From: a virus
Lineage: Duplodnaviria; Caudoviricetes
Virus record (IMG/VR): IMGVR_UViG_3300021400_000136
Span: 1 to 64,000 of that record
Strand: one strand, 5' to 3'
Length of the DNA stretch: 64,000 nt
The position numbers and the translations under genes are program-made. The notes beneath the pieces were generated by a model that did not search any database, had not been told where the DNA came from, and saw only the letters and a program-made list of their open reading frames with translations. Of this stretch, positions 32,901-37,418 are shown piece after piece. Positions within the stretch are counted from its first letter, which is position 1, and every line of letters starts with the position of its first letter.

Positions 32901-33328
32901 TCCAGCAGCACCAACGTGTCGGGTACTACATGGACTACGTACGTGAGAACATGTATAAAGTCGCTGGACTTACCGGAGCAGAGGAAGCAGAAGCTTATAT
33001 CAAGAAGATCCATGAACCGGCGATGAAGGCATCCGGAAATGCGATCAAGGCAGACTATAATTTAGCCAAGACCACGGCGGAGGCAGATGACGCGGCAAAG
33101 ATAGCAGCCGGATATAACTACGGTATGCATCTCGGAACGGATCTGAATACTGTGGCGCCTAACACTACACCGGCGGAGGCTTCGGTAAGACCGAGGAACG
33201 GATATGTTATACCTCCTGCGGCTACAGAGAATACGCCAGAAACAAAACAAAGAACCAACTCTGGACTCGTGATCCCGACAGCTAACGAAGCTGTACAGGA
33301 CGCATTCAAGTACAGAAGGTTCTGGTAA
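14942..33328 (+). CDS. Giant polyvalent (virion-injected) protein, 6128 aa: zincin peptidase, duplicated unknown domain, two LPD3/BECR-like domains, ParB-like, ART-PolyVal-like, C-terminal LPD38-like
   Basis: GGAGG RBS and an uninterrupted 18.4-kb ORF. HEYMH (22238-22252) with downstream EEMVAD; H..F/W.YF..I/V.G..Y..NI/V motifs (24360-25550); GHEGRHR (about 26924); YHGT (27320)..FFLTDS..GYDG; C-terminal WLRGSG..WSLELFG.SYTIDW.AP. Confidence 0.85.
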   Translation: MPDLIKKRQEMTDSGTGDVTPVNVPAPTPIPPASSQAAGRAAAQAAASDPNKHATQAGKETSDETNKKMGWGDYAEPTPTPESTPDYSGYSEPTPSAEDLAAENADSYEYNQAGETPTVKADVADDTVEVAVEPEKQEETSSQVSKGKEDATAMGGVDATKMAEDAVMQGRRDARYYPDYTDFYGGLEIDGTSPDRNELDENGMHIFKGYEDDEGNYVSGFDEWYSSNKAGLTEIIDFATDGQFHTGDEVYAHQKLAANLAYDYQTMADYWQGRIDEAKEFVDSAHADFDAFNFDQYGEAGEEAKATWQQELDTLDAQYASMVEGLGIIQEHGEAAKECYDLMVENNKAFAQYDDDKLLTQEQIDQQVLDAAKSANVATAFTDEEIADFTKLTDEQWDALIESGEESYDKRQFKAPPIPIFSTEATREEQRLADLQIMRQAIQGARDAAQYKNDEIMFGRKYIGQDNTIAAWDAAEAALEANAPTADSTPEEKAAYNHERRYIQERIDACEYKAFVDEYADVSDSDIRQELFEMRFGNGETTTEDSADTNDTAHNLLTAKSAYDAAEEAFNEIAETARPTSAEYLDAYQAMKEAEAAYAEALQLAKDESKLDVGEIFDFSAFADILSGAPEENELSAEEQKRAEYLQRLLQDREISAIQEEIKSYEKDYPDGTAMRHWAEDIELDVEKKEAALLDAQTEAGKLDAEAYQYATVDAHSTENHTPEEAAQKAQEAKDAHNRALIAEQELAEAKGKLALVQALNQTSIRSEADYAEQVAKGKEMAGDIAQYKEAIDTAMDVGLDRKPAVDALVTQFGLTQEDAEKYVDMYFTLDEKERAVLFPNVDGVEEEEQGWLGKWWDKVTRSPYLGEKEVGKFTDEELNDFYYHLAKEGASAAAQYAMGVNNAYRNEYNDLAKERFMQLQNYRAGHNGKFQTAVEAAMMPVGNFALNLTALPEAISNFIQAEKLGMSVAPTDPTNSQLAEWAQESSSRQVTAMLPNFKPAEFLYNTYNSIVNSALSLATFSALGSALGLTDDIVIGGKGALQAFVSAATDLEFFGSAAASRYRELLEQGVDPQKAGWASVYSGLAEAMFEHFSIENLYHAKGVADWHNALDWAWHTACSAGVEGSEELFTNWANRLGDALYLKEDNPFNDSVDAYIAQGFEEDQALRFAMHDLLKEDALSFLGGAISGGVNAGSSSMMEWQIDKNKLADFRASQGKNFNIDLPNGKKASQELGTYLWNHEFIRPGDEHLFNEGQRNTVEEIKDLAWKASEGKASDEEIGRLQYLTAQFDSKVLDDFALANKDWYGRVEPMRLVQVSQEALNKLLGPENAQKYLEAVRANPHAKVENDFSLGLQQAVPNMGSNEASEVAGFLERIFTGSDRTTPEDIAKVLDSELLSSPEAQMYLWNYLKDKVPTDTPAIEVAAPAEPSGLTPSAEWAGQNVKREPSPIKPASQMETDSGTEAADREPTPIPSAEQAAENEKSREEAEAKAREEIQNPFIPIMQSIGMDPNITSENVGEALKNLLTTTWERAKEAAYQNQILKNGLSDTNRKLNDMQHEAAEQQTRDRLNRAPKGIKTDALAQYRDDSDSITFGNNTTTRKEFVEAYMKGYDPFNDKEIKGPKDEKAANRAFDRILLNSTTKDGLPLEGVKASMKNYDLSLRKAIVSDTKKGTGEPKDLERNGEPKAQEPASGKLNVQTPTDNSADMKEGTATGTEVTRNGEPDQTEPTDSKLNVQNPTDDSADMKDGTGTGTEVTRKGEPEQTEPTGGKLNVQTPADTSSDTTTGQTSVDGSELSRTEKPAEETPVEDQTTEEVAPDKAQQFLDYLQVMMQQTGEMTDEEFNALFGGATDTILDALVGREPANDFERRVIDAATREMDRRTSEDQTMAQQDEAPASAETSDFKTDDNLFATNGKEDKSWRSWDDTINNPDSNDDEIITRAEFVERAMNGVGKIKPMTFAEANDLFDDLAYIDEHDSDTNTDYGKKGSNPMYSAGGASTGASVATGSELNMKPVTYSASDVPGLVELGRTSYSPSNRTISSSDRSWGDAISNEYGKTITRAEFVAAAMSGQNLYSGTRMPTISGVAANDLFDDIVDNKIAYGGYADRTNNGYSITDATVTADMLNAPGFVGAMANTLAILEAEMRSASDTSNQKLAPFMKRVDLARKQLEGLLGRSVSDAATEVTDVRNQINTRLAEINNRLEVLMSRSDQNKIGYLVDLKEMSQLRAERQKLMTQTFRLGQAEAKYTKALDRLNSARNRMYSNDYYSYIGGKLYGGPAGTRGLTGRNNDVAQSRSGGSVTGSAGGSAQSVQGNAGTVSEQTFKTVEEILSAGGLTLRGKVLFDSAGMSPQEIANAKIPLSLRNSILHAMRNGVGRVVLTDGDLLNGKSYINEKGKEVEQTVGGFYDTLMDGGTERSVIVLHKDSFTEKNIQHEYMHHMLRKMSERQKRGFLTSAIRTMFGSRQDLFEELFDSYKIDYAIAHGRVIDENGRVDEDLAYIIYEEMVADFYAGLNRFKTPEMAEAMGPLVREMRVSLYNYCERLGLEDYARSKWINREYTPKEGTLDIRRTGRATAPYEQQFKERTESDNELAKGEHRFNPERNAYEARFSLANTMGGIYDTYGVDINTAEDSRLDELARQIDEEYEAAQKEQADIRSTWTDKDYADLTPDEYWARYHEWNEQSGIDAVKRRVDTLGSYSRAISKEKAWRAIDPEALIQKAKDIYGTTDDFRKSGYILPDGTMLDMSQGANKRTLFHHETAQEVLFALKYPASDAIEKFVGRGGAIRIDVDSDGIDIPQSGMTPAQYETLRDFLSDFIATEDYDRAAFYVSTFGKNLGTSERFNPSNTTQILNAIRQYYDTGSFPKQSTTQQFYGRYSLANTEAVSLDELQTARDEMLDLRQQLRDRKADVDEWSRRIMAGEAEIDDYNKWLSDSGYNRLYMQEREASKRYNDLNRAYDEQQESANAEAEQNAIEQSGLSEADYFGKEAVKVFGYTPYFYDAGYITPNGRMLNFSGEKGKHYGSRGQDHRSIGQIFAVTSGTEAMNRFISYGNIRIMAEAPGLDISANIEPTAEQYSRIRDFARSARDEDYFSIDITGEDGRVIDTIEYESVNPAKIVNDLKNYYRTGEVPQQSVTAQFHASFSLVGVSDDGMEVYETSQAVKDMTREERMDAFEARMANEFRGRTARFERNGHIYYAKFDSTGVSKNIYGDDKSDQSGWRAKIRAGADGDIFDLIENSTYNGSSAEKSGKKGKAHNKTQRWDYFIKKVQIDGIVYDLTANVRRKNDDFVYNIQLNRDINTKPATSYSPLPKAGFNQDIAGTDNVSQNGSTVKYSKQEHPNARYSLCAFEDGTKFVNVETDQEQFDGLTDKEKRDLAEKIIKERFSGRIIGETNKAFVNSQTAREYAYPSKRLTDSGVLDAKMRASTELDNLLEAGSNFRTAPDGADGHTHPDAVGGFTYFDTLFKVGEEFYKGLVNIKNNAKGALLVDITKIENVTKDTYNSYGKNPKFVFLNDVSNDIKSQNNPNVKNQNESEPSYSIAVSDPDTLDFLNDQLENGDVVYTYKSFLEYEDENGDPYLIAPMAGVQKDETGKKSQSHALRPGVWEESVGNPNSKSLGKKVNDKTGEVSWTYGLEKSDVDGSVVPAAYNPYQHSSDVVLNDQFSIAYKRPNLVTYMCAIPKSELTSGYHFGVTDPEKATRSDGDIVTAKDAVGMHDWKSGSLASQLENTQRHVYLSRWLMPVRKLSNIEVAQQYKEILDREAPGLGVPFNVVPSGLLSALQEVGVPIDLTGTGLSEANYRKYLSEVNAAREEAGLEPFPYSYQTKAERDAAKKERKNASKRFSISGDNLDNLDDLLMDYDLSDLGRIVSDTFGSTFETEEDEMPPELPYEQQRPRRSVENPTHNPTAYLKPETLNAWLSGRGFADTGNPNYAQAYIGWMNPEDFLYLTTSTYDYEDNRVRAEGYYGDLEDISSRAQRGREADTIHLSIDSETGRVYGHEGRHRMAYLQSLGVERVPVLFFDSGNKYDKEIMEDYTLSGEQRPGKKVTLDNPLIPLSNGYRGLVENEFVKGEEQDNDLQTARFSITDDSNADGYTLSDIDSTGRELTDEQYYYFRNSKVVDEDGHLIPLYHGTNAFGFTEIDFDKADDGISFFLTDSPEVAGSYTRNNTVRSLFDKQRQRRAIDVSKLSDEDLASLFSQVSIPYFESATVSKFEDVLRTFTGPLNAAKMRYASFFEEELLPSREDLGLTETDLAFYDALKGNSTSVESIIDLLDRADKFYYSLRKKIWDTDESYIWDEMRSLQPQLQTAASQAQRFLADHNSAGVSLEDNVFITDPGSKNFYTREQIERLTGRRQEEEELGRNSAGIYKGYANLTNPFIVDANGAEWNQIPVDQEVVDYLKALNSPEFYVSEWAEDGEVKTRGIAKYAKDHGYDGAIIRNCVDIGEYKRSYDYEAYSTPATLVLCFEQNQFKDYRNTEPTDGIDLRFSIADTYDAFGDEIDVQDGTVLNATKSTLSDQLFYSEDGNTAYYQLDSGETVVMENVGEDSPEARYINFLEATNNANSTDTTTAKPYTIPPATRYESDGYNIGESNDGLRRGAEEVPSANQEGTLRRAGSNGERNEQSQPQSEEAEGVRFSATIPTADDPNHPTAFVNQNGDVVTTAEAYPYGSMERMIIEAWNTGDFRSIEDQINEMLDIGHARDEVFDMMEEIAAQPLGLTPQERDAVYRQIEEMRVRYGTMPSANVTKRDVHFPVATDDDTKLMKGAQTHAQEAETEWLSEEIMAEALRNEILSYVPASNKSSIEKAEDYIKAKKGNYEEIARDVHAWLASGERVKPWQVAVGELLLKEVETEGRADLAMSLVIDLTLMAHETGQALQAFAILRKATPRGQLYYLQGVVNQLNKKYEKQIREGKMGKIELPQDAAQRMLACETRQELNDVVEEIKDEIAKKIPVSWADRWNAWRYLAMLGNPRTHVRNMLGNGLFRPAVFIKDVISRRLEDIASRHGKLEGRSRIAGANLKSDTEWMRYANEDYEEMYKILVGEATGNKYADANDILSRRDLWGKDKWLGGKFLAWADRKNSDLLTKEDATFLKKYYTRAFAEFLQARGVTEEDLRDKKFGATKANKKLINEARAWATIEAQRNTYRDANAVASWLNSMKRQGTVPYTILEGVVPFTKTPMNILARGIEYSPIGLIQSVRQLAKDLRSPSEMTTSQALDRLAAGMTGTMIVGLGLFLTAMGWLRGSGGDDDKKKEFEELMGHQAWSLELFGYSYTIDWMAPAALPLFIGSAIYDMLATEREEELGFEDIVKALLGIADPLSQLSMLDGISTMLSNLADAQGTEQFSVLLWTALTSYVGQGMPTLLGQVARTFDPDRRSTYIQPGSKNPMLQRFIQSSIQAKIPGWENQKMRYVDNWGRTDSANTPWEKFLKGVENFLSPGYLNKIETSAVEDELMRLYEATGDKNILPDRMGKYFQVDGERKNLTADEYEQLLTEKGQMHYNLLNEVMSSEYYASLTDEQKAKLLLNAGEFSKNYGKQMVDPEFDMDSHWMDVARAIGPADYLMIQDDLSHNRTHDQLFTYLVSNPNLSYDQIAYLIADEYAAPDKIPSVGNNGYNYEITEEDEAAMQEIFKDLVHTRLAELETDPRYVAGDEYKKGDMMDNLYNEIKEDVKTIYAEQLDASDRPMVLGKASSVGTESFNMVLDLTRNEIEGEYRDDIAAQAGWLSQKYRADSQISNPDRDGWDIKLSADDKDELYDEFQKAWEPAYRKMLTEDPEFRNATSRAYQDKMIASLFNEVSQQVEDAYASKLYKSGKADEVIGDPKGTAKKDWLKNYEIANEAYTNPKDQAAWLAKRFTGATTLDNPDRPGYNIKTSDAQQAQLAQIEQDRFTAEYEAMKKDPKFKSMTPEEQAIQTYQLAQNIMDVEEAKYSRYLLDRGAKIEQAIDTQCTNSEYFNMVFSEDLTDSERYDLIEQRYDRYVGKSILNNSLDYLQQHQRVGYYMDYVRENMYKVAGLTGAEEAEAYIKKIHEPAMKASGNAIKADYNLAKTTAEADDAAKIAAGYNYGMHLGTDLNTVAPNTTPAEASVRPRNGYVIPPAATENTPETKQRTNSGLVIPTANEAVQDAFKYRRFW
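19966..20285 (+). repeat. In-frame 120-nt tandem repeat (about 3 copies) in giant gene
   Basis: GEPxxxEPxxxKLNVQxPxDxSADMKxGTxTGTEVTR repeated; AAGCTTAATGT recurs at 120-nt spacing. Confidence 0.85.
21765..21947 (+). CDS. Nested +1-frame small protein (60 aa) inside the giant gene
   Basis: GGAGG (21752-21756), 8-nt spacer, ATG; MADQRVLVDSPAGTTMWLSPEAADRL...KKYYPQEG. The host frame turns into G/S/R/A-rich filler over exactly this span. Confidence 0.65.
   Translation: MADQRVLVDSPAGTTMWLSPEAADRLQDLPEDQLSRYKEMQEQSQSRLLKLLKKYYPQEG
24838..24898 (-). ncRNA. Candidate antisense small RNA 1 (closed 14-bp stem, inner C(UUCG)G hairpin)
   Basis: ACCGGCGAUGUCUU / AAGACGUCGCCGGU pairs fully on the - strand (U.G) but has a C-A mismatch on +. 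It starts 7 nt after a -10 box and ends in UUUU. Confidence 0.6.
24905..24933 (-). promoter_or_regulatory. Antisense sigma70/sigmaA promoter inside giant gene (TTGACA-N17-TACATT, extended TG)
   Basis: -35 at 24928-24933, -10 at 24905-24910, TGn present. Confidence 0.7.
25408..25486 (-). ncRNA. Candidate antisense small RNA 2 (closed 16-bp stem)
   Basis: GAAACGUCAUUAAGGA / UCCUUAGUGACGUUUU pairs fully on - (wobbles become mismatches on +). It starts 7 nt after the -10 box, is followed by UUUUU and contains CUUCGG. Confidence 0.6.
25493..25521 (-). promoter_or_regulatory. Antisense sigma70/sigmaA promoter inside giant gene (TTGACA-N17-TTTAAT, extended TG)
   Basis: -35 at 25516-25521, -10 at 25493-25498, TGn present. 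Confidence 0.7.
28614..28835 (+). CDS. Nested +1-frame small helical protein (73 aa) inside the giant gene
   Basis: GGAGG (28600-28604), 9-nt spacer, ATG; MPTVLTQPQQNLIRYLLQLGMNLMDIISVNRMM... The stop coincides with the next RFS linker motif, and the host frame is G/R/S/E filler here. Confidence 0.65.
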   Translation: MPTVLTQPQQNLIRYLLQLGMNLMDIISVNRMMAYDEERKKFLRRIKKEHFDVQEVMENAMNRVNRRVKRRKV

Positions 33329-33334
33329 AACGAC

Positions 33335-33379
33335 AAAACCCCCTACTACCGTAATAAGTAGTAGGGGGTATCTTTTTTT
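33335..33379. terminator. Bidirectional intrinsic terminator between the convergent halves of the genome
   Basis: CCCCCTACTAC (33339-33349) / GTAGTAGGGGG (33358-33368), with AAAA 5' and a T tract 3'. Confidence 0.85.
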
Positions 33380-33393
33380 AGGATAATCGCGCC

Positions 33394-33564
33394 TTAATGC
33401 CACTCCGCTCGGAGGAAGTTTCGCTGTGCAGAACGTATGTCTTCGACAAGGCATTCCAGCTCAGCTTTCTCATTGTAATCGGTTAACTTATTTCGAAGCG
33501 CATCTAATTTCTTTTCAGCTTTTTCCAAGGTTCTAAACAAAGTTAGTATATCAAGAGTTGTCAT
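33394..33564 (-). CDS. Hypothetical protein
   Basis: GGAGAGG RBS before MTTLDIL; coiled coil. Confidence 0.6.
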   Translation of the reverse strand: MTTLDILTLFRTLEKAEKKLDALRNKLTDYNEKAELECLVEDIRSAQRNFLRAEWH

Positions 33565-33776
33565 GTTTCCTCTCCTTGTTTCCACTCGCAATTCAGAAAC
33601 TTATGTAATGCCTCAGCAGCGGCATCACTTCTATCTTGCGCGTCATATACTTGAAATTTATTTTCTGTTATGGGGTTCTCTCTGTATCTTTTGAAAGCCA
33701 ATATAGCCTGACGGTCACTTATCTCTAACTCCTTATACAAGTGTTGCCATTTTCTTACTATATCTTTTGTCTTCAT
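33561..33776 (-). CDS. Hypothetical protein
   Basis: Tightly packed operon gene with RBS. Confidence 0.6.
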   Translation of the reverse strand: MKTKDIVRKWQHLYKELEISDRQAILAFKRYRENPITENKFQVYDAQDRSDAAAEALHKFLNCEWKQGEET

Positions 33777-33779
33777 TCT

Positions 33780-34400
33780 TTACTCCGTGATCAATTCAGA
33801 GGAGGGAAGTGTCTCTAATTTTGCACAGAACTTATGCCAATCACCGAGTTTGTGGTCCTTCCTTGCGTGGTAGATATGCCGTAGTACCTGGTAGTTTCCA
33901 CTCCATGTACGGAGCTGCATAAAGGACTGGGGGAGAAACTCATTAGCTTCGGCAAAGATATCAGCCTTCTTATCCGGATCTTTCTCTGCTAAGTACTGGC
34001 CCCTTAATGTGTTCAGATGTGCCAGTATATTGTCCTGCACATACATAGGGGTGTGGTCGAAAGAGAAATCATCCACGGTAAACGGATCAGCAAGGAGTCT
34101 GTGCATGGTCGAAGTGGAGTCTGTTACCGTTCCTACCTTGTATTGGTCCATTTGTTTCCACCAGTAGAGAGGCGCGGTTATATCCATGATAACCGGTAAC
34201 ATACGCATGAACTTGCCATGATCATCGCCAGCATGTGCTAGGCGTTTCATCAGTGTGTAATCTTGTTCACCTATGTAGTATTCGCTTTCTCCCCATTTGC
34301 TGTCGGACTTATGCCAGCTGTTGAACGGGTTTCTGCAGCCAGCAACAACTGTCGCCCATTGATACTGGCTCGGTGTTATTATGTTCTCAACTATTATCAT
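33780..34400 (-). CDS. ThyX-like (flavin-dependent thymidylate synthase-like) protein
   Basis: AGxDHGKFMR, ITAPLYWWKQMDQYKVG, STSTMH, LPQSFMQxRT, NYQVLRHIYHARKDHKLxDW motifs of the phage ThyX-like family. Confidence 0.7.
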   Translation of the reverse strand: MIIVENIITPSQYQWATVVAGCRNPFNSWHKSDSKWGESEYYIGEQDYTLMKRLAHAGDDHGKFMRMLPVIMDITAPLYWWKQMDQYKVGTVTDSTSTMHRLLADPFTVDDFSFDHTPMYVQDNILAHLNTLRGQYLAEKDPDKKADIFAEANEFLPQSFMQLRTWSGNYQVLRHIYHARKDHKLGDWHKFCAKLETLPSSELITE

Positions 34401-34412
34401 TTTTCTTTTACC

Positions 34413-34595
34413 TCAACCCCAATTCCCGCAATTATAGGCCTCGTCCTCTTTCTGCTGCAAATATACAATATGAAGGGTTTGGAGCGCCTTAACGAGACCT
34501 TCGTAATTCCACATAGATTCTTCTGGCTCCAATTCCATCTCTGCCAGATGATCCACTACTCTCTCAATTTGTGTGTAAATCTTATCACTCAGCAT
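34413..34595 (-). CDS. Hypothetical protein
   Basis: Operon packing; 60 aa. Confidence 0.55.
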   Translation of the reverse strand: MLSDKIYTQIERVVDHLAEMELEPEESMWNYEGLVKALQTLHIVYLQQKEDEAYNCGNWG

Positions 34596-34764
34596 TTTCT
34601 TTTACCTCTATCATTGAATTAGGATGCCTAGGGAAAAACATTTCTGTTTCTACCCGTGGAATCTCATATATACGGACTTGGCATTCGCTCCACGGGTAGA
34701 ACATCTCGTCTATTTCCGGATGGTCTTCCAGGATTTCTAAAAACTTCTCGTATAAATTCTCCAT
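34585..34764 (-). CDS. Hypothetical protein (59 aa; missed by ORF track)
   Basis: MENLYEKFLEILEDHPEIDEMFYPW...; fills the gap between its neighbours. Confidence 0.5.
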   Translation of the reverse strand: MENLYEKFLEILEDHPEIDEMFYPWSECQVRIYEIPRVETEMFFPRHPNSMIEVKENAE

Positions 34765-34766
34765 AT

Positions 34767-34952
34767 CTACCTTGTGCCTAAATAGATTGCGATGCTAACC
34801 AGGATCAGAAGCAGGAGCGCAATCCAGATAGGGGAGAGCACCCAGACCCATGACCAAGTGATTACGTTCATAAGTTTTAATGCAATAAATAAGAGGGTTA
34901 GTAGTCCAGCGAAGCCAACGCTGCCCCCAGTGTTTGAATTGTTATTGTTCAT
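34767..34952 (-). CDS. Small two-TM membrane protein
   Basis: GFAGLLTLLFIALKL..VITWSWVWVLSPIWI, a widespread phage membrane family motif. Confidence 0.7.
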   Translation of the reverse strand: MNNNNSNTGGSVGFAGLLTLLFIALKLMNVITWSWVWVLSPIWIALLLLILVSIAIYLGTR

Positions 34953-35136
34953 TTTCGTTCTCCTCTTCATTATCGATCCAACTCCATTCGCTTGAGTTAT
35001 CACCTGTCCATATTGACATTTGTTGTTTCCTTTCAGATGAATTGCTCCAGTTAATCTGAAAGGAAATGTGCCAACAGCATAATCATTGCAGGCGATATAG
35101 CAAGCAAAATTGATTTAATGTTAATCATAACTGCTC

Positions 35137-35493
35137 CTAACAAAACCACCTATCATCAAACCGATATCCGTTCACGTTCCTTACACCCTCCCGGAAGTTG
35201 TTTTGGTTTCCCAGATTGTACGGATCGTTCTGCTTCTCATCTACCAGATCGATGAATTCATCGAGATTGACTATGTTATCGTACTCATCCATGATAACAT
35301 AATCGTTTCTTTCAACTGTGTATTTCCGTAACCAATCCTTCACTTCGTCATAGCTGTTCCATACAATGGGCGGATCATGGTATTGGTTGTCCTGTGCCTG
35401 GAACAGAAACAGCCAGCCCCATGAGGACTTACCGATATGAACAGGCTCCCCAACCGTAGGTCTGGTACGGACAGCGTAGTAATTAGTTCCCAT
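35137..35493 (-). CDS. Hypothetical protein
   Basis: MGTNYY..HIGKSSWGWLFLFQ motif seen in phage accessory proteins; AGGAG RBS. Confidence 0.7.
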   Translation of the reverse strand: MGTNYYAVRTRPTVGEPVHIGKSSWGWLFLFQAQDNQYHDPPIVWNSYDEVKDWLRKYTVERNDYVIMDEYDNIVNLDEFIDLVDEKQNDPYNLGNQNNFREGVRNVNGYRFDDRWFC

Positions 35494-35504
35494 TTTAATT
35501 CTCC

Positions 35505-35738
35505 TTAACCAAACGCCATAGAGTCTGCTTCATTATCAAAGAAGCGGCAAGCCCACCAGGTGTTCTCTTTTTCATCATAATAATTATAATACACGGCTAT
35601 ATCACCGTTGGCTAAATCCCACGCTGCTTGTTTGCATGCTTCTTGAAATGTGTCCGCTTCATACCGCCCAACGAGTTTATGCTCGCCACTTTCTCCGGTA
35701 GAGGCATAGCCTTCCATCCATACTTCATATTCTTTCAC
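35505..35738 (-). CDS. Hypothetical protein
   Basis: GTG start overlapping the upstream stop; WMEGYASTG..AxTFQEAC..WWACR. Confidence 0.6.
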   Translation of the reverse strand: MKEYEVWMEGYASTGESGEHKLVGRYEADTFQEACKQAAWDLANGDIAVYYNYYDEKENTWWACRFFDNEADSMAFG

Positions 35739-36430
35739 TCTTCTGGCTCCTTGTATGGCTTGTCCATCCAAGAGTCCGGAATGAAGATGCCGTTGTCTCC
35801 GAAAGAAAAAACGCGAGATATATCATTAGGAGAATAAGGGAATACTTCTTCAAACTTATCCCGGTTAGTAGGCGCGGATTTCTTGGATTCTTCGTAGGCC
35901 TTGATCTTCTCGATAAATTCCTCTGGAGTAAACTTCCGTAGGACATCACTGACTAGATCGAATTCTCCAAATATTTTAGCCATATCCGCAATTGTAAGCC
36001 CGCCTTCCGAAGTATCTAGATACAGCTTCTTTATTGCCCACCACAGTACATAACGTGCATCATCAGCGCCTTTGTCGTAGCCATTCTGATAGATCTGATC
36101 TTGAGCTTCTTCCAGGCCGGTTGCATAACCTTTGTCGTAACCGTTCTGGTAGGCTTCACCTAATTTCGCCTTGCCTTCCTCAACAGTCCAGCCGGAGAGT
36201 TCCTTGTAGGCTACGTCCTTACCGCTATCATAGCCATGCTGATACCCAAGGTTGTACTGCATGTTAGTATCCACTTCATACTTGTCTTTGGCTTTTCTCT
36301 CAGCAGTTTCATAACCATGGTAATATCCGTTATTCCAGATACCGCTCAGCTCGGACCGGATCGCAGGGCCAAAAGGAGTATGCCGTTCGAGATAGTCGTT
36401 AATTACTTCGTCTTGTGTTTTCATATTCAT
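35735..36430 (-). CDS. YxxGYxxG-repeat protein (paralogue 1)
   Basis: Repeated YxxGYxxG; shares blocks with 36588..37187. Confidence 0.7.
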   Translation of the reverse strand: MNMKTQDEVINDYLERHTPFGPAIRSELSGIWNNGYYHGYETAERKAKDKYEVDTNMQYNLGYQHGYDSGKDVAYKELSGWTVEEGKAKLGEAYQNGYDKGYATGLEEAQDQIYQNGYDKGADDARYVLWWAIKKLYLDTSEGGLTIADMAKIFGEFDLVSDVLRKFTPEEFIEKIKAYEESKKSAPTNRDKFEEVFPYSPNDISRVFSFGDNGIFIPDSWMDKPYKEPEE

Positions 36431-36591
36431 TCCTCCCTATTCAGTAGATCAAGGATTTCTCCAAGATCAGTCAGGACCATATAGTCAATATGCGATATCA
36501 TTGGCTGGCCCTTAATCAAGCCGACGACACCCTTTACTTTGGCTTTCACTTCTTCGATATCCTTTTGGCTAAATACCACTATTTGCTTCAT
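36427..36591 (-). CDS. Hypothetical protein
   Basis: MKQIVVFSQ...; overlaps neighbours by 4 nt. Confidence 0.5.
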   Translation of the reverse strand: MKQIVVFSQKDIEEVKAKVKGVVGLIKGQPMISHIDYMVLTDLGEILDLLNREE

Positions 36592-37187
36592 TCTTTTTGC
36601 TCCTTGTATGGCGAATCTAACCACTCGGATTGTTTCTTCCTCCAGCTCTCATCTTTTGACTGGATCGTAAAAGCGCGCCGGTCTCTATCAAGGTTAGTGT
36701 TGCACTCTATTGTCAGGCCGAACACTTCCTCAAACTTATCCCGGTTAGTAGGCGCAGATTTCTTTGGCCCTTCTTTGTAATCCTTTACCTTCTTAATAAT
36801 CTCCTCTGGAGTAAAATTCATAAATATGTCTTCAAGGAAATAAGTGTTAAATATCTTCTCAACAGCTATACCTCCAAGACCGCCACGATCAGGAGAGAGA
36901 ATAACCTTCGACACCGCCCACCACAATACATAACGTGCATCATCAGCGCCTTTGTCGTAGCCATCTTGGTAGGCTTCTACGTCCTTGCCCGCATCGTATC
37001 CGTTGGCATAGCCTTTATTGTACTGACGGTGCAACTCTTCGGTTACGTCGAGCGCACCAAAATCTCGACGACCACGGATATACCCATTCTCCCAGATGTT
37101 CTCCAGCTCAGAGCGGATCGTCTGACCTTCTGGCGTGTGCCGTTCAAGATAGCCGTTAATTACTTCGTCTTTTGTTTTCATATTCAT
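36588..37187 (-). CDS. YxxGYxxG-repeat protein (paralogue 2)
   Basis: MNMKTKDEVINGYLERHTP start near-identical to paralogue 1. Confidence 0.7.
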   Translation of the reverse strand: MNMKTKDEVINGYLERHTPEGQTIRSELENIWENGYIRGRRDFGALDVTEELHRQYNKGYANGYDAGKDVEAYQDGYDKGADDARYVLWWAVSKVILSPDRGGLGGIAVEKIFNTYFLEDIFMNFTPEEIIKKVKDYKEGPKKSAPTNRDKFEEVFGLTIECNTNLDRDRRAFTIQSKDESWRKKQSEWLDSPYKEQKE

Positions 37188-37190
37188 TCC

Positions 37191-37418
37191 TCACTTCGAA
37201 TCTTGTCCGCACGTTATTTCGGTTCCATAGTAAACCGGAATTGTGGATGGCGTCGTCTTCTGCCACAGATCGTTAGAGATCAGTGATGACCTATTCTGAA
37301 CGCTTGCTTTCCCATCCGCGACACCTTCGTTATATGCGTCTTCTACCATCTTCCGGATCTCATCCACTGTGATCAGAAGCTTTCCATCCTGGTCAGCTTT
37401 TAAAATTATAGGTCTCAT
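37191..37418 (-). CDS. Hypothetical protein
   Basis: Operon packing. Confidence 0.55.
   Translation of the reverse strand: MRPIILKADQDGKLLITVDEIRKMVEDAYNEGVADGKASVQNRSSLISNDLWQKTTPSTIPVYYGTEITCGQDSK

Noticed and set aside
14951-33454. Many long - strand ORFs opposite the giant gene (e.g. 14951..15937, 28715..29632, 30206..30961)
   Set aside because: Typical antisense shadows of a biased-codon gene, with no RBS and no protein-like features.
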